From: Acytostelium subglobosum
Taxonomy: Eukaryota
Length of the DNA: 35,006 nucleotides
NCBI RefSeq assembly: GCF_000787575.1
Contig: NW_012236508.1
Location: 139,437-174,442, forward strand
Reading direction: 5' to 3'
Both the position numbers and the translations under genes were made by a program. Position 1 is the first letter of the stretch. Each line of letters begins with the position of its first letter. Shown in pieces: positions 21,526 through 34,608 of the stretch. The notes below the pieces were generated by a model that made no database searches, had not been told where the DNA came from, and was given only the letters and a program-made list of their open reading frames with translations.

Positions 21526-23581
21526 ATGAATAGTAATAAGAATAGTATACATTCAGTATTTCACAATCGATTATTATGTCGACAAATATTTAGTCATGTT
21601 CATGATATGCACAATCAATGGAGTCGTCTAACAAAATCATCATTCGATGATAGTGATGACCACCAAATACCTCGCAGGATAAAGTCAACGATCAAAGGTG
21701 CCAAACTTTATGCCAATGGCAATCTAATCGAGATGTTGCAATACAATGCCACTCAAATGTTCATCGAGGCATTCGACAGTGTCGCCAACAACTACCCACA
21801 CAACAACAAACTGCTTCAAAGTGCACTACTCTACAACAATGCAACTGTATTCAAACATCTTTGTAATCACCCAAACATGTTGGTGGACCTTAGAGTGGAT
21901 ACAGAAGACCTCCTGTCCAAACTATGTCAACTTGGCAACTTGGACATGCTCAAACAATACCTCATAGTCTATCCCTATCGTCCATTCCCCGACAGCATTA
22001 TGGCACATCTATGCAATGCCGTTAACACTGGCAACGAACAGTTTGTTCGTCTGCTGCTCCAACACATCACAATCGATCCCGTTGTCGCCAATGAGTTGGT
22101 GAGAGCAACCCATTTCAAACGAGATGCAGTCAAGGTTGGAATGCTCAAAGTGCTACACGAGGAGTTCAACTATCTATTTAGTTTCACTAGCTTATGGGAG
22201 CAAGCACTCTTCAGTTCAATCAGGTGTAATATGTTGGACAGTGTTCAATATATCATGGCTGGCGTGCCATCCTCATTGAATGAAAAAACCTTCACCAATT
22301 GTCTTAAGCTCTGTGCTCAAAAATGCAACATCGACATATTCCAAGTGTTAAGCTCGTCTGTAGTTGGTTCCAAACAACTGAAGGATTGTGATCTTGGAGA
22401 AATGGTCAGACAGGCACGAGATCGTGGACATGAATCATTCATCAAACATCTCTTTGATCATCATGTTGGCAACGACACCATCACTGAGAACTCCGAGAAG
22501 CACATTCGACAGGCACTGGAGTTGTCCACAACTAATAGAGAGGACACCACAATGTCCACCCAGGTCTATTCTGATCACCATGCCACGCTGAGGGAAGCGA
22601 TCAACAAGGATGACATTTTGGGAGTGGAGTCTTTTATACATAATTGTTGCTACATTCATTTGGACCAAATAACCTGCCAAAAAATGTCAGAGCCCATGGC
22701 AAGATTGCTCAGTAGTCCTCGAACACCTACACTGGTCTTCAAAGACTCAATAATCAACATGATCAAGGCCGTTCGCAAGCCAGGCAGCAACATCAATGTG
22801 GACATTGTGTGTCAGTTTATTGATAACTGTGAACATGATTCACACCAGGATTACGACTTTGAAGACGATGGACATTTAATGTATGCAATGATGGAGGCCG
22901 CTAGATTCTCATCGACATTGATGCGCAAGATCAAGGTTCGATTCAATATTCGATACGACAAGCAATGTTTGGAAGAGGCACTTTATTCAAAGTGTCGTGA
23001 GACAATAGAGGTATTGTTTCAAGAAATGGATCATGGTCAGATCGTTGATGCCAAGAGTATAATATTCAATATCATTGGTGAAGAGTCAGGATCATTGGAT
23101 GAGATCAAATTCATTCTGGATCACGTGCCGGTTGAGATAAGGAGCGACCCAAAGATCTGTGAATATGTCATGTACAATAATGATGATAAAGTGATTGAAC
23201 AAGTCATTGACATGTTTACACCAGAGCAATTGGACGACAAGGCGTTGAGTAGTATCTTCACAATGGCAATGATGAAGAACAAACTACACATTGTACAGTC
23301 ACTTCAACAACGATTCGTATCGAATCGATCATCCAATACTCTTGTTGATCGACCTTCGCTCTTGACACTCAGAATTATGGTAGATAACAATTCCCACAAC
23401 ACACTAGAGTACCACCTCAAGTCAGTGACATTCGCCAAAATTCCAATCATCAATCGTTTGCGAACCATTCATTCAATCATGGAGAGTGCTTATAACCTTG
23501 GAATGACCAGAGTGATCAAACTGTGCACTGATCAGATCAAGGCCATCTCAACGACAACACCAATCATTACCCAACAGTATG
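21526..23581 (+). CDS. Family copy 2, A half (intact, 707-codon ORF 21526..23649).
   Basis: MNSNKNSIHSVFHNRLLCRQIF..IKSTIKGAKLYANGNLIEMLQYNATQMFIEAF...RVIKLCTDQIKAI. The likely splice donor G|GTTCAA at 23582 lies upstream of the in-frame stop at 23647-23649. Confidence 0.65.
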
Positions 23582-23672
23582 GTTCAACAAAGATCATTGG
23601 GTGGTTATGCTCATTCACTAACTCATTCTTTCTCAAACAGATATATTGATACACCAATGATTGACGCTCAAG

Positions 23673-25894
23673 AATGTACTGGCCAACGGTTGGATATAGC
23701 ATTTCACTCAGTGTTCAGAGACAGAAATCTTGGAAAGTTCATCATTGAGCAAATTGAGGCAGTACATGATATCATAGGTGAGGATAGTACACTAATGATC
23801 AAGGGTAGAGGCTTCATCTACGATCGTTGCTTTAAAGATTACATTCGTTATGGTGCTTTGGATTTGTTCCACCGGGAGTTCTCTATATCCACATTAAGAA
23901 CTTACCCCAATTCAAGATTACTTGACATGGCGATGGAGCATGATGTGCGATTCATCAAGACCCTTTTGGCAAACCCCATGATGTTGTTAGATGATCACAC
24001 AAGCCTTCAATGTTCATTATTTTGGAACCTATCATTGTGCACTCATCCAGAATGGGAGTGGTTGCTTGAACAGTACATCCTGATTATATCTCAGACATCA
24101 ACACCTGAGCTTGACGACAAGTCAATATCATATATCCGCCATCCATCATTCCTCCGCAAACTCATGCAATGGAATGTCATTATCAAACCTACATCAACAT
24201 CAACATCAACAAGTGAAGAGAATGAACTTGTAAACAAAATGGACAAGGGATGGCTCACAAAGCCATGGGCACTGGAGATGTTCCAACTTCTGGAGCAACA
24301 TTCATTAATAAGTCCGATACTCCGCCAAGGACTATTACTCAAAGCAGCAGAGCACGACATCAAATCAATCATTATATATTCTATCGATCGACAATATATA
24401 TCCAACCCATCATTTGCAAATGAACTTCTAAAGCAATGTTGCAAGTTTGGACGAGTAGACCTCATTGATAGTCTACTTCCATTCCTTCCCGTGCGCCTGT
24501 ACAGCAATTTTTTCAGATACTCATTGCAATTTGGACATCTCGATATCATTGTAAAGCTCCACCCTCACTATGTCCAATCATCCAGCACTGGACACTCCAA
24601 AGACTGGCTAGGGTTGCTCCAAACTCCTTTGGTAAATGGACACTTGGAGGTTGTAGACTATTTGATCATGAATATCCCATCACCAAAGGACGACGACAAT
24701 GATAGGTCAAAGACATTGAGGTCATTTTCAATCTATGAGATTGGCTCAAAGATCATGTCTGTTGACTTGATCAAACGATTGATGACCATTCCCAACATCA
24801 CATTCAACTTTGGCAAGTTGTTGTCACTGGCAATCAATTCCGGAAACAAGGATATGATCACATTTATAATGAAGGACGGAACGGAATCATTGGTGTCAAC
24901 AGGTCATATTATTTGTGCTCTTAAAGTTGGTGATTTGGACACAGCCCGAGCGATCATTGACATGGCGCCAAAGTTGAAGATATCCAGTGATGATTGCTTT
25001 GACTCTTTGATAGATCACATTGGGGAGCCCAACAGCAAGGTCACTGAGGATGTGATCATTGAGTTTGCAACCAAACTTCACAACAACTCCCATCCCTATT
25101 TATTCAAAGTGCTCTTAAAGGCAGCCGCCAAACCATTGTCTGTGATCAAGATGGTGATCAAACATTACACCTCATTCTACGAAGGTGACAAGTTGGTTGG
25201 AGGCAGCATTGGTGATATCATTAACAGAGTGACTAAAGATCAATGGAGACAGATATTAGAGATCAGTGTCAAACGTGATGATTTGGAATCAATCGATTAT
25301 CTTATCCAACTTATGATTTTGTCCAACAACGACAACAACTGGAGGATCAGTTCACTCATCAACTTGGAACATTGCAAAACATCAGTATTGGAGTATTTGT
25401 TTGACAAAGGATACATCAGTGTGGATGACAGGAATGATCGGTTGGCAGGATTGATCGATTGGGCCTGCACCAAAGGACAATTGGACATCATCAAGTGTGT
25501 TCATCAACGTCGTACGACACCATCACAACTTCAAAGACATCTCCCAACACTCAAACCAATTTTGGATGCATCCTTGGTGAACCATCACAAAGTTATCGGC
25601 TATCTGTTTGATGGCAATGATTCAGCATTCAAACGATCACAAGTCAATATCTACATGATACCATTGCTCCAAGCAGTAAGACACGAATCAATCTATTTCG
25701 GCAATCTAATTGTTATTGAGATGTGCGATCGTTTGTCGTCTAGTCAACCTGAACAGACTATCGCTAGTGGACGTGGAGTCAAGAGAAAAGATCATGATGA
25801 TGACCATGTTGATGATGATGATACTACTGCCATAACAAAACCAAAGTCTGCAAGAGTACATAATGGTCATACTTTTTTCGAAGAACACTCCTGA
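23673..25894 (+). CDS. Family copy 2, B half (intact; ORF 23579..25894, overlapping the A2 ORF in another frame).
   Basis: ..CTGQRLDIAFHSVFRDRNLGKFIIEQ..., CTHPEWEWLLEQYI, HPSFLRKLMQ, GWLTKPWALEMFQLLEQH, LEYLFDKGYISVDD, LQRHLPTL. A possible 91-nt intron (23582..23672, CACTAAC branch site at 23625-23631) would join it in-frame to A2. Confidence 0.6.
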
Positions 25895-26002
25895 GAGATA
25901 TCTCAACAGTTCCCTCACAACAACATCCCCCACAATCATCGTGCATTCATTCAATACATTGATCATAGAGATAATAATAACTATAACCCAAACAAATAAA
26001 TA

Positions 26003-27955
26003 ATGAATGATAAGAATAGTATACACTTAGTGTTTCATAATCGATTCTTTCGACATGTCAGTGAGATGCACAATCAATGGCGTAGTCTAGCAACATCATC
26101 GTCATCAGAGTATGATAATGATGACAACCATGATCATGATGATGACGACCAAGTACCTCATATAAAGTCAACGATCAAAGGTGCCAAACTACATGCCGAC
26201 GGCAATCTCATTGAGATGTTGAGATACAATGCCACTCAGATGTTCATCGAAGCGTTCGACAGTGTCGCCAACAACTACCCCATACTCCGTAATATTCAAC
26301 AACACAACCGTATTCAAACATCTATGTAAACACTCAAATATGATAATGGACATGAGGAATCAACTCCAACATATCTGTCAAATTGGCAACCTTGTCATAC
26401 TCCAGCTCTACCTCACAATCAATACATATCGCCAAATACCAAACGACACCGTCTCACACCTTCATCTCGCCATTGACACTGGCAACGAACAATTTGTTCG
26501 TCTGCTTCTCCAACATCTCACAATTGACGACAAGGCCAACGACAGAATGACGTTCAAAAGATGTGGTGTCAAGGTTGGCATGCTCAAAGTACTGCACGAG
26601 GAGTTCAACTGTCTCTACAGAATCAAACAACTTTGGGACGTTGCACTCTTGCGCTCGGCCAGGTGTAACATGGTGGACAGTGTTCAATATATACTTGATA
26701 ACCTTCCCTCGGATTATGATCAAAAGTCAATCGGTGTCCTCCAGAGTTTTCTTCAACAATGCGCCACGTCAGGTTCATCCAACATGCTCCAAGTGTTGAG
26801 CCAGTCAACTGCTGGCGCCAAACTACTCAAGACCTACGACAACTTTGGAGGACTCGTTCAACGTGCGCTGGAGAATGGCCATGAATCATTTGTTGAGCAT
26901 CTCAAAGCCATCCCCCTGCATAGAACCAGCTTTCAACAGAATGAACATTTCACACTTTTGACCTCCATCCTCAAAGATGACTTGGTTAGCTTCGAGGAAT
27001 TAATTGGACAATGGAATGATCATGATTTCGAGTCGGACAAAAAGGTTTGCCAAAGAATGTCGGTGGCGATGTCAACATTGATAAGCAGTCCTCGAACCAT
27101 ACCTCTGACTTTCTACAATAGTTCATTGCTCAACATGATCCGTGCCGTTGGTAAACCGGGCAGCAATATCACCGAAGATATTGTTTGCCAGTTCATTGTT
27201 AACTGCAATCATTTTGGGCATGACTATGGATATAGCGAGGATTCTGACTACCCTGCGTTTTTATATGACATGTTGACCATAGCTGCGGGATTCTCCGATG
27301 ACAAGGTGATGCGTCAACTCTTCGATCGGTATGGCGAGCACTATGACAAGGACAGTTTGAAGATGGCAATTCAATCAAAGTATCACAAGACAGTGATGTT
27401 TCTATTACAACGACTCGATAGGAATGTGATCAACACTGTCAAAGATAGTCTATTCAGTCTCATTGCCGATGGATCATACTCTTTGGACGATATCAAGATC
27501 ATTCTGGACCGCGCCAATGAACTCAAGACTGATACTTTCATATGTGATTGGGCTGCGTTCCATCAACATGACGAAGTGTTTGAGTATGTTATCTCAACTT
27601 TTACATCAGATCAACTTGATGAACTGGTATTGGACCGGATCATATCGCATGCAATGACCTCAAACAAACTAAACATTGTTCAATCACTTCAACGACGATT
27701 CGGGTGGGTACGTGGTCCAAAGCTCTGGACACTCCTAGATATGGCCGAACACAATGCATACAGCACACTAGAGTACCACTTTAAGTCATCTACATTCACC
27801 AATATTCAAATCATACATCGTTTGCGAACCATTCACTCTATCTTGGACCAAGCTTATCAACTTGGATTGTCACGAGTGATCAAACTGTGCTCTGATTATA
27901 TCAGGGCTTTGGCAATCCCATCAACAACAACATTACCATCCAATCATCAACAAAT
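26003..27955 (+). pseudogene. Family copy 3, A half, with an internal deletion of about 31 nt and a frameshift near 26278..26290 relative to A2 and A4 (ORFs 26003..26329 and 26229..27959).
   Basis: ..AFDSVANNYP in one frame, then YSVIFNNTTVFKHLCKHSNM in the +1 frame. The paralogs read ANNYPHNNKLLQSALLYNNATVFKHLCNHPNM continuously. Confidence 0.6.
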
Positions 27956-28023
27956 GTAAGTTATCTAACTGAACTTAAAGATGGATGTAGTTACTCTCAT
28001 TTACTAACTTCACTCACCCACAG
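27956..28023 (+). other. 68-nt intron joining A3 to B3: donor CAAAT|GTAAGT at 27956, TACTAAC branch at about 28011-28017, acceptor CCCACAG| at 28023. It spans the apparent stop of A3.
   Basis: Textbook GTAAGT donor, TACTAAC branch and CAG acceptor; phase 2 to phase 2 giving ..HQQ-M-MIICLYNYIRYNAMEWFLKAF. Confidence 0.7.
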
Positions 28024-30088
28024 GATGATCATTTGCCTGTACAATTACATACGATATAACGCAATGGAATGGTTCCTAAAGGCATTCTCCGTTTGGAACA
28101 ACCCACAAGGTTCACAACACAACATTGCTAGAGTTGGCAATCAATCATAACATTCGATTTGCCAGTGTACTTTTGACCAACCCGATGTTGTCATTCAAAG
28201 AGTCCAATGTCGCCCAATATCTATTGGAACGCATCGTCTCATCCAGAATCAATCAGAGTGGTTGCTTGATCAATACATCACGATCACCACTCAGAACTCA
28301 TCACAAGATGAGATCGGTCTCACCACCGTCTCATTGATCAAACATCCATCATTCCTTCGCAAACTAATTCAATTGGGAGCCAAACCATCCAAGCTCATAT
28401 CCACCGACACCAATGTTAATGAGGACCACATCTCATACATGAACGAGGGATGGCTCACCAAACCATGGGCACTGGAGATGTTCCAACTTATGGAGCAGCA
28501 CTCAATCATCGGTCCACATCTCAAACTCCAATTGTTATTAGGATCAATAGAACACAACATCACATCAATTGTCAATCATTGTGTTGATGGTATTCGACAA
28601 ATGAATGATGCGTCAAGAGGACGATTGTTAGATCAATGTTGCAAGTATGGACGTGTTGAGCTGTTTGACATTATACGCTCACTCTTCCCCATGACGGAGA
28701 ATATCATATATTCGGCACTGTTTATCAGCGCTGCAAAGTATGGACAAATGGACATACTCCAAAGGGCCCACTCACTCTTGGATCCCGACAATCTCCCAAC
28801 ACCAAGTAGCTTGTTCGAGTGTACAAAGTCAGCATTGGCCAAAGGACATCTGGATGTCTTCAACTTCATAATCGACATAATCACATCATATTATGAACAA
28901 CACAAGGATCAGGAGATACTACTCGACAGATGTTTGGTCAATAGTATTGATTCAAGTATCATGTCGGTGGACTTGGTCCAACGAGTGAAGGCACATTCCA
29001 ACTTTCTCTTGGACTTTGGACTGTTGTTGGCCGAGGCCATCAAATATGGAAACAAACCAGTTATCAATATGTTGATGAATGACCCATCAACAACACTATC
29101 AATCACTCATGTTGAGAAGGCGTTTGAGGCAGGAGATTTGGAATCAATCAGAATGATCATTGACAAGGCACCAAACTTGTTCACTTACGATTATCTTAAC
29201 TTTTATCAAATCGAAACAGTGGAGAAGTCATTTTCTTCATTTTTTGATAAAATCGGAGTTCCTGGTAGCTTGGTCACTGAGGATGTGATTCTAGAGTTGG
29301 TCACCATACTGTGCAAATTGGACAAAACCATGCGTATATTTGGAGAGACTCGAAATATCTTTCAAAAGGCAGCGACTAAATCACTGTCTATGATTAAAAT
29401 GGTGATCAATACCTTCAAACCAGTCATTGACACCGGGTCAATTTATGATTTCAGAACAGTAATTGAGAGCAGTGTCAAACGATCCGATTTGGAATCACTC
29501 GATTATCTGATTGGTCTGGCAATCACATCGTACAAACCAAGGAGATACGATCCGAAGACACCAAAGATCAGTGAGCTCATCAACTTGGAACATTGCAACA
29601 AGTCAGTGTTGGAGTATCTTTTTGACAAAGGACATATCAGTGTCGATGGCAAAGAGGATGATTTGGAATTATTGATGGATTGGGCCTGCACCAATGGACA
29701 TTTGGACATTATCAAGTGTGTTCATCAACGATGTGCCACACCATTGCAACTTCAAAGATATCTGCCAACAATCCAACATATTTTGAATGCATCCTTCTCA
29801 AACCATCATCAAGTGATCAGTTATCTATTAGATGGCAAAGATTCGGCGTTCCAACGATCACTGGTCAAGTTCGACATGATACCATTGCTCCAAGCAGTAA
29901 GATTCCAATCGATCAAATATCAAGGCAATTTAAAGATCATTGAGATTTGTGATCGATTGTTGTCCAATCTTTCAATATCCCATACTCGTGGAGTCAAGAG
30001 ACGAGACCAAGATGATATTGATGATGAGGTTGTCAGAAAGTCTGCCAGGTCATCACTCCACAAGAATCCATATCTTTTCCAAAAATAG
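28024..30088 (+). pseudogene. Family copy 3, B half. At least three frameshifts between 28095 and 28262, and a deletion of the conserved N-terminal HSVFRDR...IKG segment. The remainder is ORF 28262..30088.
   Basis: Homology to B2 continues across three reading frames: ICLYNYIRYNAMEWFLKAFSVW / TTHKVHNTTLLELAINHNIRFASVLLTNPML.. / IYWNASSHPE / SEWLLDQYITI. One shift coincides with a 4-nt CAAT-type insertion at 28246-28252. Confidence 0.6.
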
Positions 30089-30159
30089 TCAACTTCAAAA
30101 GTGAGTGGATGCCTCGAACATTCATTCATAGATAATCATACATATACAACAAATAAATA

Positions 30160-32252
30160 ATGAATGGTGATGATAGTAATAAGAATAGTATACATTCAGT
30201 GTTTCACAATCAATTGTTATGCAAACAAATCTTAAGAGATGTCCACGATATTCATAGTCGATGGTCCAACAAAGATGGTAATTTGGATGATGATGATCAA
30301 GTACCTCATATCAAGTCAACGATCAAAGGTGCCAAGCTATATGCCAATGGTGATCTAATTGAGATGTTGCGATACAATGCCACTCAAATGTTCATCGAAG
30401 CATTCGAACGTGTCTCCAACATCACGTACCCATACCCTCACATAACAAACAACAACAATAACAACCTATTATGGTTCTCAATATATATCAACAATGTGAC
30501 CATATTCAAATATCTGATCAATCATCCAAACAACTACAAATATACAATGTTCATTGATACTACAACAAAAGAACTACTTGAAGTTATATGTTATCATGGC
30601 AACACTGAGATGCTTCAACAATACCTCGAGATCACAGCCTACCGTCCACTACCCAGCGACACTTTGTCCAACCTCACTCTTGCCATGGACACTGGAAACA
30701 TACAATTTGTACGTCTCATGCTCCAACACCTCATCACCATCGACTTAACCGTGGTCAACCAGCAACATCAAAAGATCAAACCAACTTTCAATCAACGTCG
30801 CTCCGTCAAGGTTGGAATGCTTACGATGCTACACGAGGAGTTCAACTGTCTATTCAAACTCACTGAGCTCTTCAAAGCTGCCCTGTTGCACTCAACCAAG
30901 AACAACATGTTGGACAGTGTTCAATACATAATGGACAACATGCCTTCAGACATAGAGTTCCACGAGAAGGATCGAACATTCCCTGCATGTCTACAACATT
31001 GTGCTGTGACAGGTGATATCAACATGTTCCAAATGTTTAGCAAGTCGACTGCTGTTGGTGCCAGACTACTTTTGGAGTATAAATTGGATGACATGATTGA
31101 GGAGGCGCGTGATCGTGGCCATGAATCATTCATCAAACATCTCTTTAAGCATCATGTTGGCAATGACACAATCACAGAGTCTTCTGAGATCTGTATACGA
31201 GACTCATTAACGTCAACAGGAGATAGTCTAAGTGTCACATTGTTGTCTGCGATCCGTAACAATGACACTTTGAGTGTAGAGACACTTCTTACTCAGGAGG
31301 ATGAAGAGGATCATCCTTTCTGTGAGTTGGATGCCAAGACCTGCCGAACAATGTCAAAGGAAATGGCTACATTTATCAGCGCCCCACGTGCACCTGGACC
31401 ATCATTCACTTTCCACGACTCATTGTTCAACATGATCACTGCCGTTGGCAAGCCGGGCAGTAACATCACCGATGACATTGTATGTCAGTTCATTGAGAAC
31501 TGCACACACGAGTCACTTTGGTATGACATGAGCTATGGAATCACAGGCTACATTAGTGAAAACCTGTTGCTCATCGCTGGTAGCTCATTAACAATCATGC
31601 AGAGGCTCATGGATGTATTATACCTACGGTTTGATCATAACAGTCTGGTTGCGGCAATTCAATCAAAGCGTCAAGATACAATATCATTCCTATGTCAAGT
31701 GTTGGTAGAGGACAGAGAGGAGATTGAACATCCTTTAGTCAAGGATGCAGCATTCAATTTCATAAAAGATGCATCATCTTTGGAGAGCATCGAGTACATA
31801 TTGGAGAAGTTGGGTCTCAAGGATGATCCAAACATATGTGTATGTGCCCTGTACAATGACCGACCAGAAGTGTTTGAGCACATCATCAACATGTTCACAC
31901 CAGACCAGATTGGTGACTGTCTGCTTAATGATATAGTATCATGTGCAATGATCAAGGATAATCTACAAGCTGTACAGTTACTTCAACAACGATTCGGACC
32001 ATCAGACAGTGTACGATCAGGGCAATCGGCACTACTGTCGATGGCTCAATACAGTGCCCATCACACTCTCGAGTTCTACTTTGCCTCTCCATTATTCATC
32101 AACATGTCAGTCACCAATCGATTGCGAATCATTCATATAATCATTGACAAAGCCTACGATTATGGTATCACTAGGGTGATCAAGCTGTGCACTGATCAGA
32201 TCGATTCGACACAATCACTCATTCAACAACAACAACAACAATATCATCCCTT
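30160..32252 (+). CDS. Family copy 4, A half (intact; ORF 30160..32352).
   Basis: MNGDDSNKNSIHSVFHNQLLCKQIL..IKSTIKGAKLYANGDLIEMLRYNATQMFIEAF...RVIKLCTDQIDS...QQQQQYHPL followed by a GTACGT donor at 32253. Confidence 0.7.
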
Positions 32253-32319
32253 GTACGTGTATCAATCCAACATCCATCACTCATTCAATGTACTAACTTC
32301 AATCCCCACCTTCACCCAG
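32253..32319 (+). other. 67-nt intron joining A4 to B4: donor CCCTT|GTACGT at 32253, TACTAAC branch at 32291..32297, acceptor CACCCAG| at 32319.
   Basis: Of all AG dinucleotides before B4, only this acceptor keeps the B4 frame; it lies 22 nt after the branch A. The B4 ORF has no ATG upstream of its conserved HSVFRDRK motif and begins at a TTG, consistent with it being an internal exon. Confidence 0.75.
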
Positions 32320-34426
32320 ACTTCAATCCAAGACTTGTTCACGTCAGTTTGAGTCATTGGTTCACTCAGTGTTCAGAGACAGGAAGGTTGGCATGCTCAT
32401 TATGGGACAAGTTGGAGTGATTCACAAGTCACTGGGTGTGGAGATCATCAAAGGGGCACACTTATTGGACAATCATTGCCTCTCAGACTACATCAAATAT
32501 GGAGCGTTCGAATGGTTCATCAAAGCATACTACTCCGCCAACTCCAAGACCATCTCCTCAAGAAGGACGAACAATGATCTCCTTGTACGGGCATTCCAGA
32601 GGCTTGACACCCGCTTCATTGATCTCCTCCTGGATGACCCCTTGATGAACATCAGCGAACAAACAGACCATCAAGTATTCTTTTGGAGGTTGTCAATATG
32701 TACACATCCAGAATGGGAGAGATTGTTTGATCAGTATGTCAAGATCACTGCACCACTCAAGCTTGACCGGCTCACTCTTGCATCGATCCGACATCCATCA
32801 TTCCTCAACAAACTCATTCAAAGTAATGGACTCATCAAACTCCCAACCCTGGACACTAGTGATGGCGAAACTTACAATCAATGCGTTAATATGATTGCAG
32901 AGGGATGGCTGACCAAACCATGGGCATTAGAGATGTTCCAACTGATAGTCAAACACTCACTCATGACTCCAGAGTTCCCACAACTATTGATCAAGGCGAT
33001 CAACCACAATGTATCATCAGTGATCAGATGTTGGGTTGATTCTCTAGAAGGACCCGATGAGAGACTGAACAATATCTTGGATCAATGTATATATGGAGAT
33101 TTGGAGCAGCTTCAGATGATTCTTCGCGTAGCTATACCAACCAATATAACATATTACAATTTGTTTCAGACAGCCATCTGTCACAACAAGATTGCCATTG
33201 CTCAATGGTTGTGGAAAGACCGCCTGCCCAATCTATCATACAAGATTGATCCATTGGATTCGTTTGGCACTGCTTTGAAGTGTGGACACTTGGAGATGTT
33301 TGACTTCCTGTGCACCATCCAACAACATGCATCAACATTCGATCCCAACAAATACTCGGATGTGCAGAACATCCATCCAAGCATCCTATCAACCGAGCTG
33401 ATCGAGCGACTTATGGCACATCCCAACATCAAGTATCCCTTTGGCCTGGTGCTGGGCCAGGCGATCCAGTCTGGCAACAAGGCAGTTGTCGATATGTTGT
33501 TGAATGATGAGCGACTCACTCTATCAAGAGAGAGAACGTATGATTATAAGGATGCCGTAATGAATGCTATTGATGTTGGTGATGTTGATGTGATCAGACA
33601 GATATTCAAGGTGGACCCAACAGTCAGACTATACAATGGAGAAGGATTACTACCATTGTTCAATCACATTGGTTTGCCTGGCAGCATGATCACCGAGGAT
33701 GTGATCATTGAATTGGCCGACAAACTCATCAGCCGACCATCACTATGTTTGAACGTACAGAGTCTACCCTTGTTGCTCTGCAAGGCGGCAACCAAGTCAC
33801 TATCATTGATCAAGATGGTCATCAATAACTTTACAACATTCAACAACCACCAAGGTGATGATGACGATGTCTGTGTCGTGCACCAAATGACACCAAACAT
33901 GTTCAAGGGAGTGATTGATGTTTGCATCAAAAAAAGCGATACAGAGTCAATTGACTATTTGATACATCTGGCCATCACTGCTTCCAAACAACAACATGTC
34001 CACATCCATGAACTAATCAACTTGGAGAGTTGCAACAACACGTCAACACTGGCACACCTCTTTGACAGGGGATATATCAGTATCGATGATGACAAGAGTG
34101 ATGCTTTGCCAAGATTGGTAGATTGGGCTTGCTACACTGGTGACTTGGACATTATGAAGTTTGTCCATCAACGATGTTGCACAACAACACAACTACTTCG
34201 ACACCTGCCATCATTCTTCCACATCTTCACTGCATGTTCCAAATTCAATCATCACAAACTTCTCTGTTATATGTTTGAAGGTGATGAATCACCATACAAT
34301 CGAGTCAAGTTTGATATAATCCCATTGCTTATAATTGTACGTCATTTATCTGTTCATAATGGCTACCTAAAGATTGTTGCCATGTGTGATCATATAATCT
34401 CATCCAATCAAACAACTACAAAATAA
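32320..34426 (+). CDS. Family copy 4, B half (intact; ORF 32357..34426).
   Basis: ..LQSKTCSRQFESLVHSVFRDRKVGMLIMGQ..IKGAHLLDNHCLSDYIKYGAFEWF, CTHPEWERLFDQYV, HPSFLNKLIQ, GWLTKPWALEMFQLIVKH, LAHLFDRGYISIDD, LLRHLPSF. Confidence 0.7.
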
Positions 34427-34608
34427 ATAAAATATCTATTATTATTGGAACTAATCCAAAAAAATATCTTGGGATTTTTGCAATCTGTGTTCGAAGAAAA
34501 TCGAATTAAGATTTTACCAGTGCAATCACTTCAAGTTGGGTACCAACCTCCAACGCTCTTATTAATGTTTATACTAGCGATAGAGATAGAGATAACATAC
34601 CAAGCATA

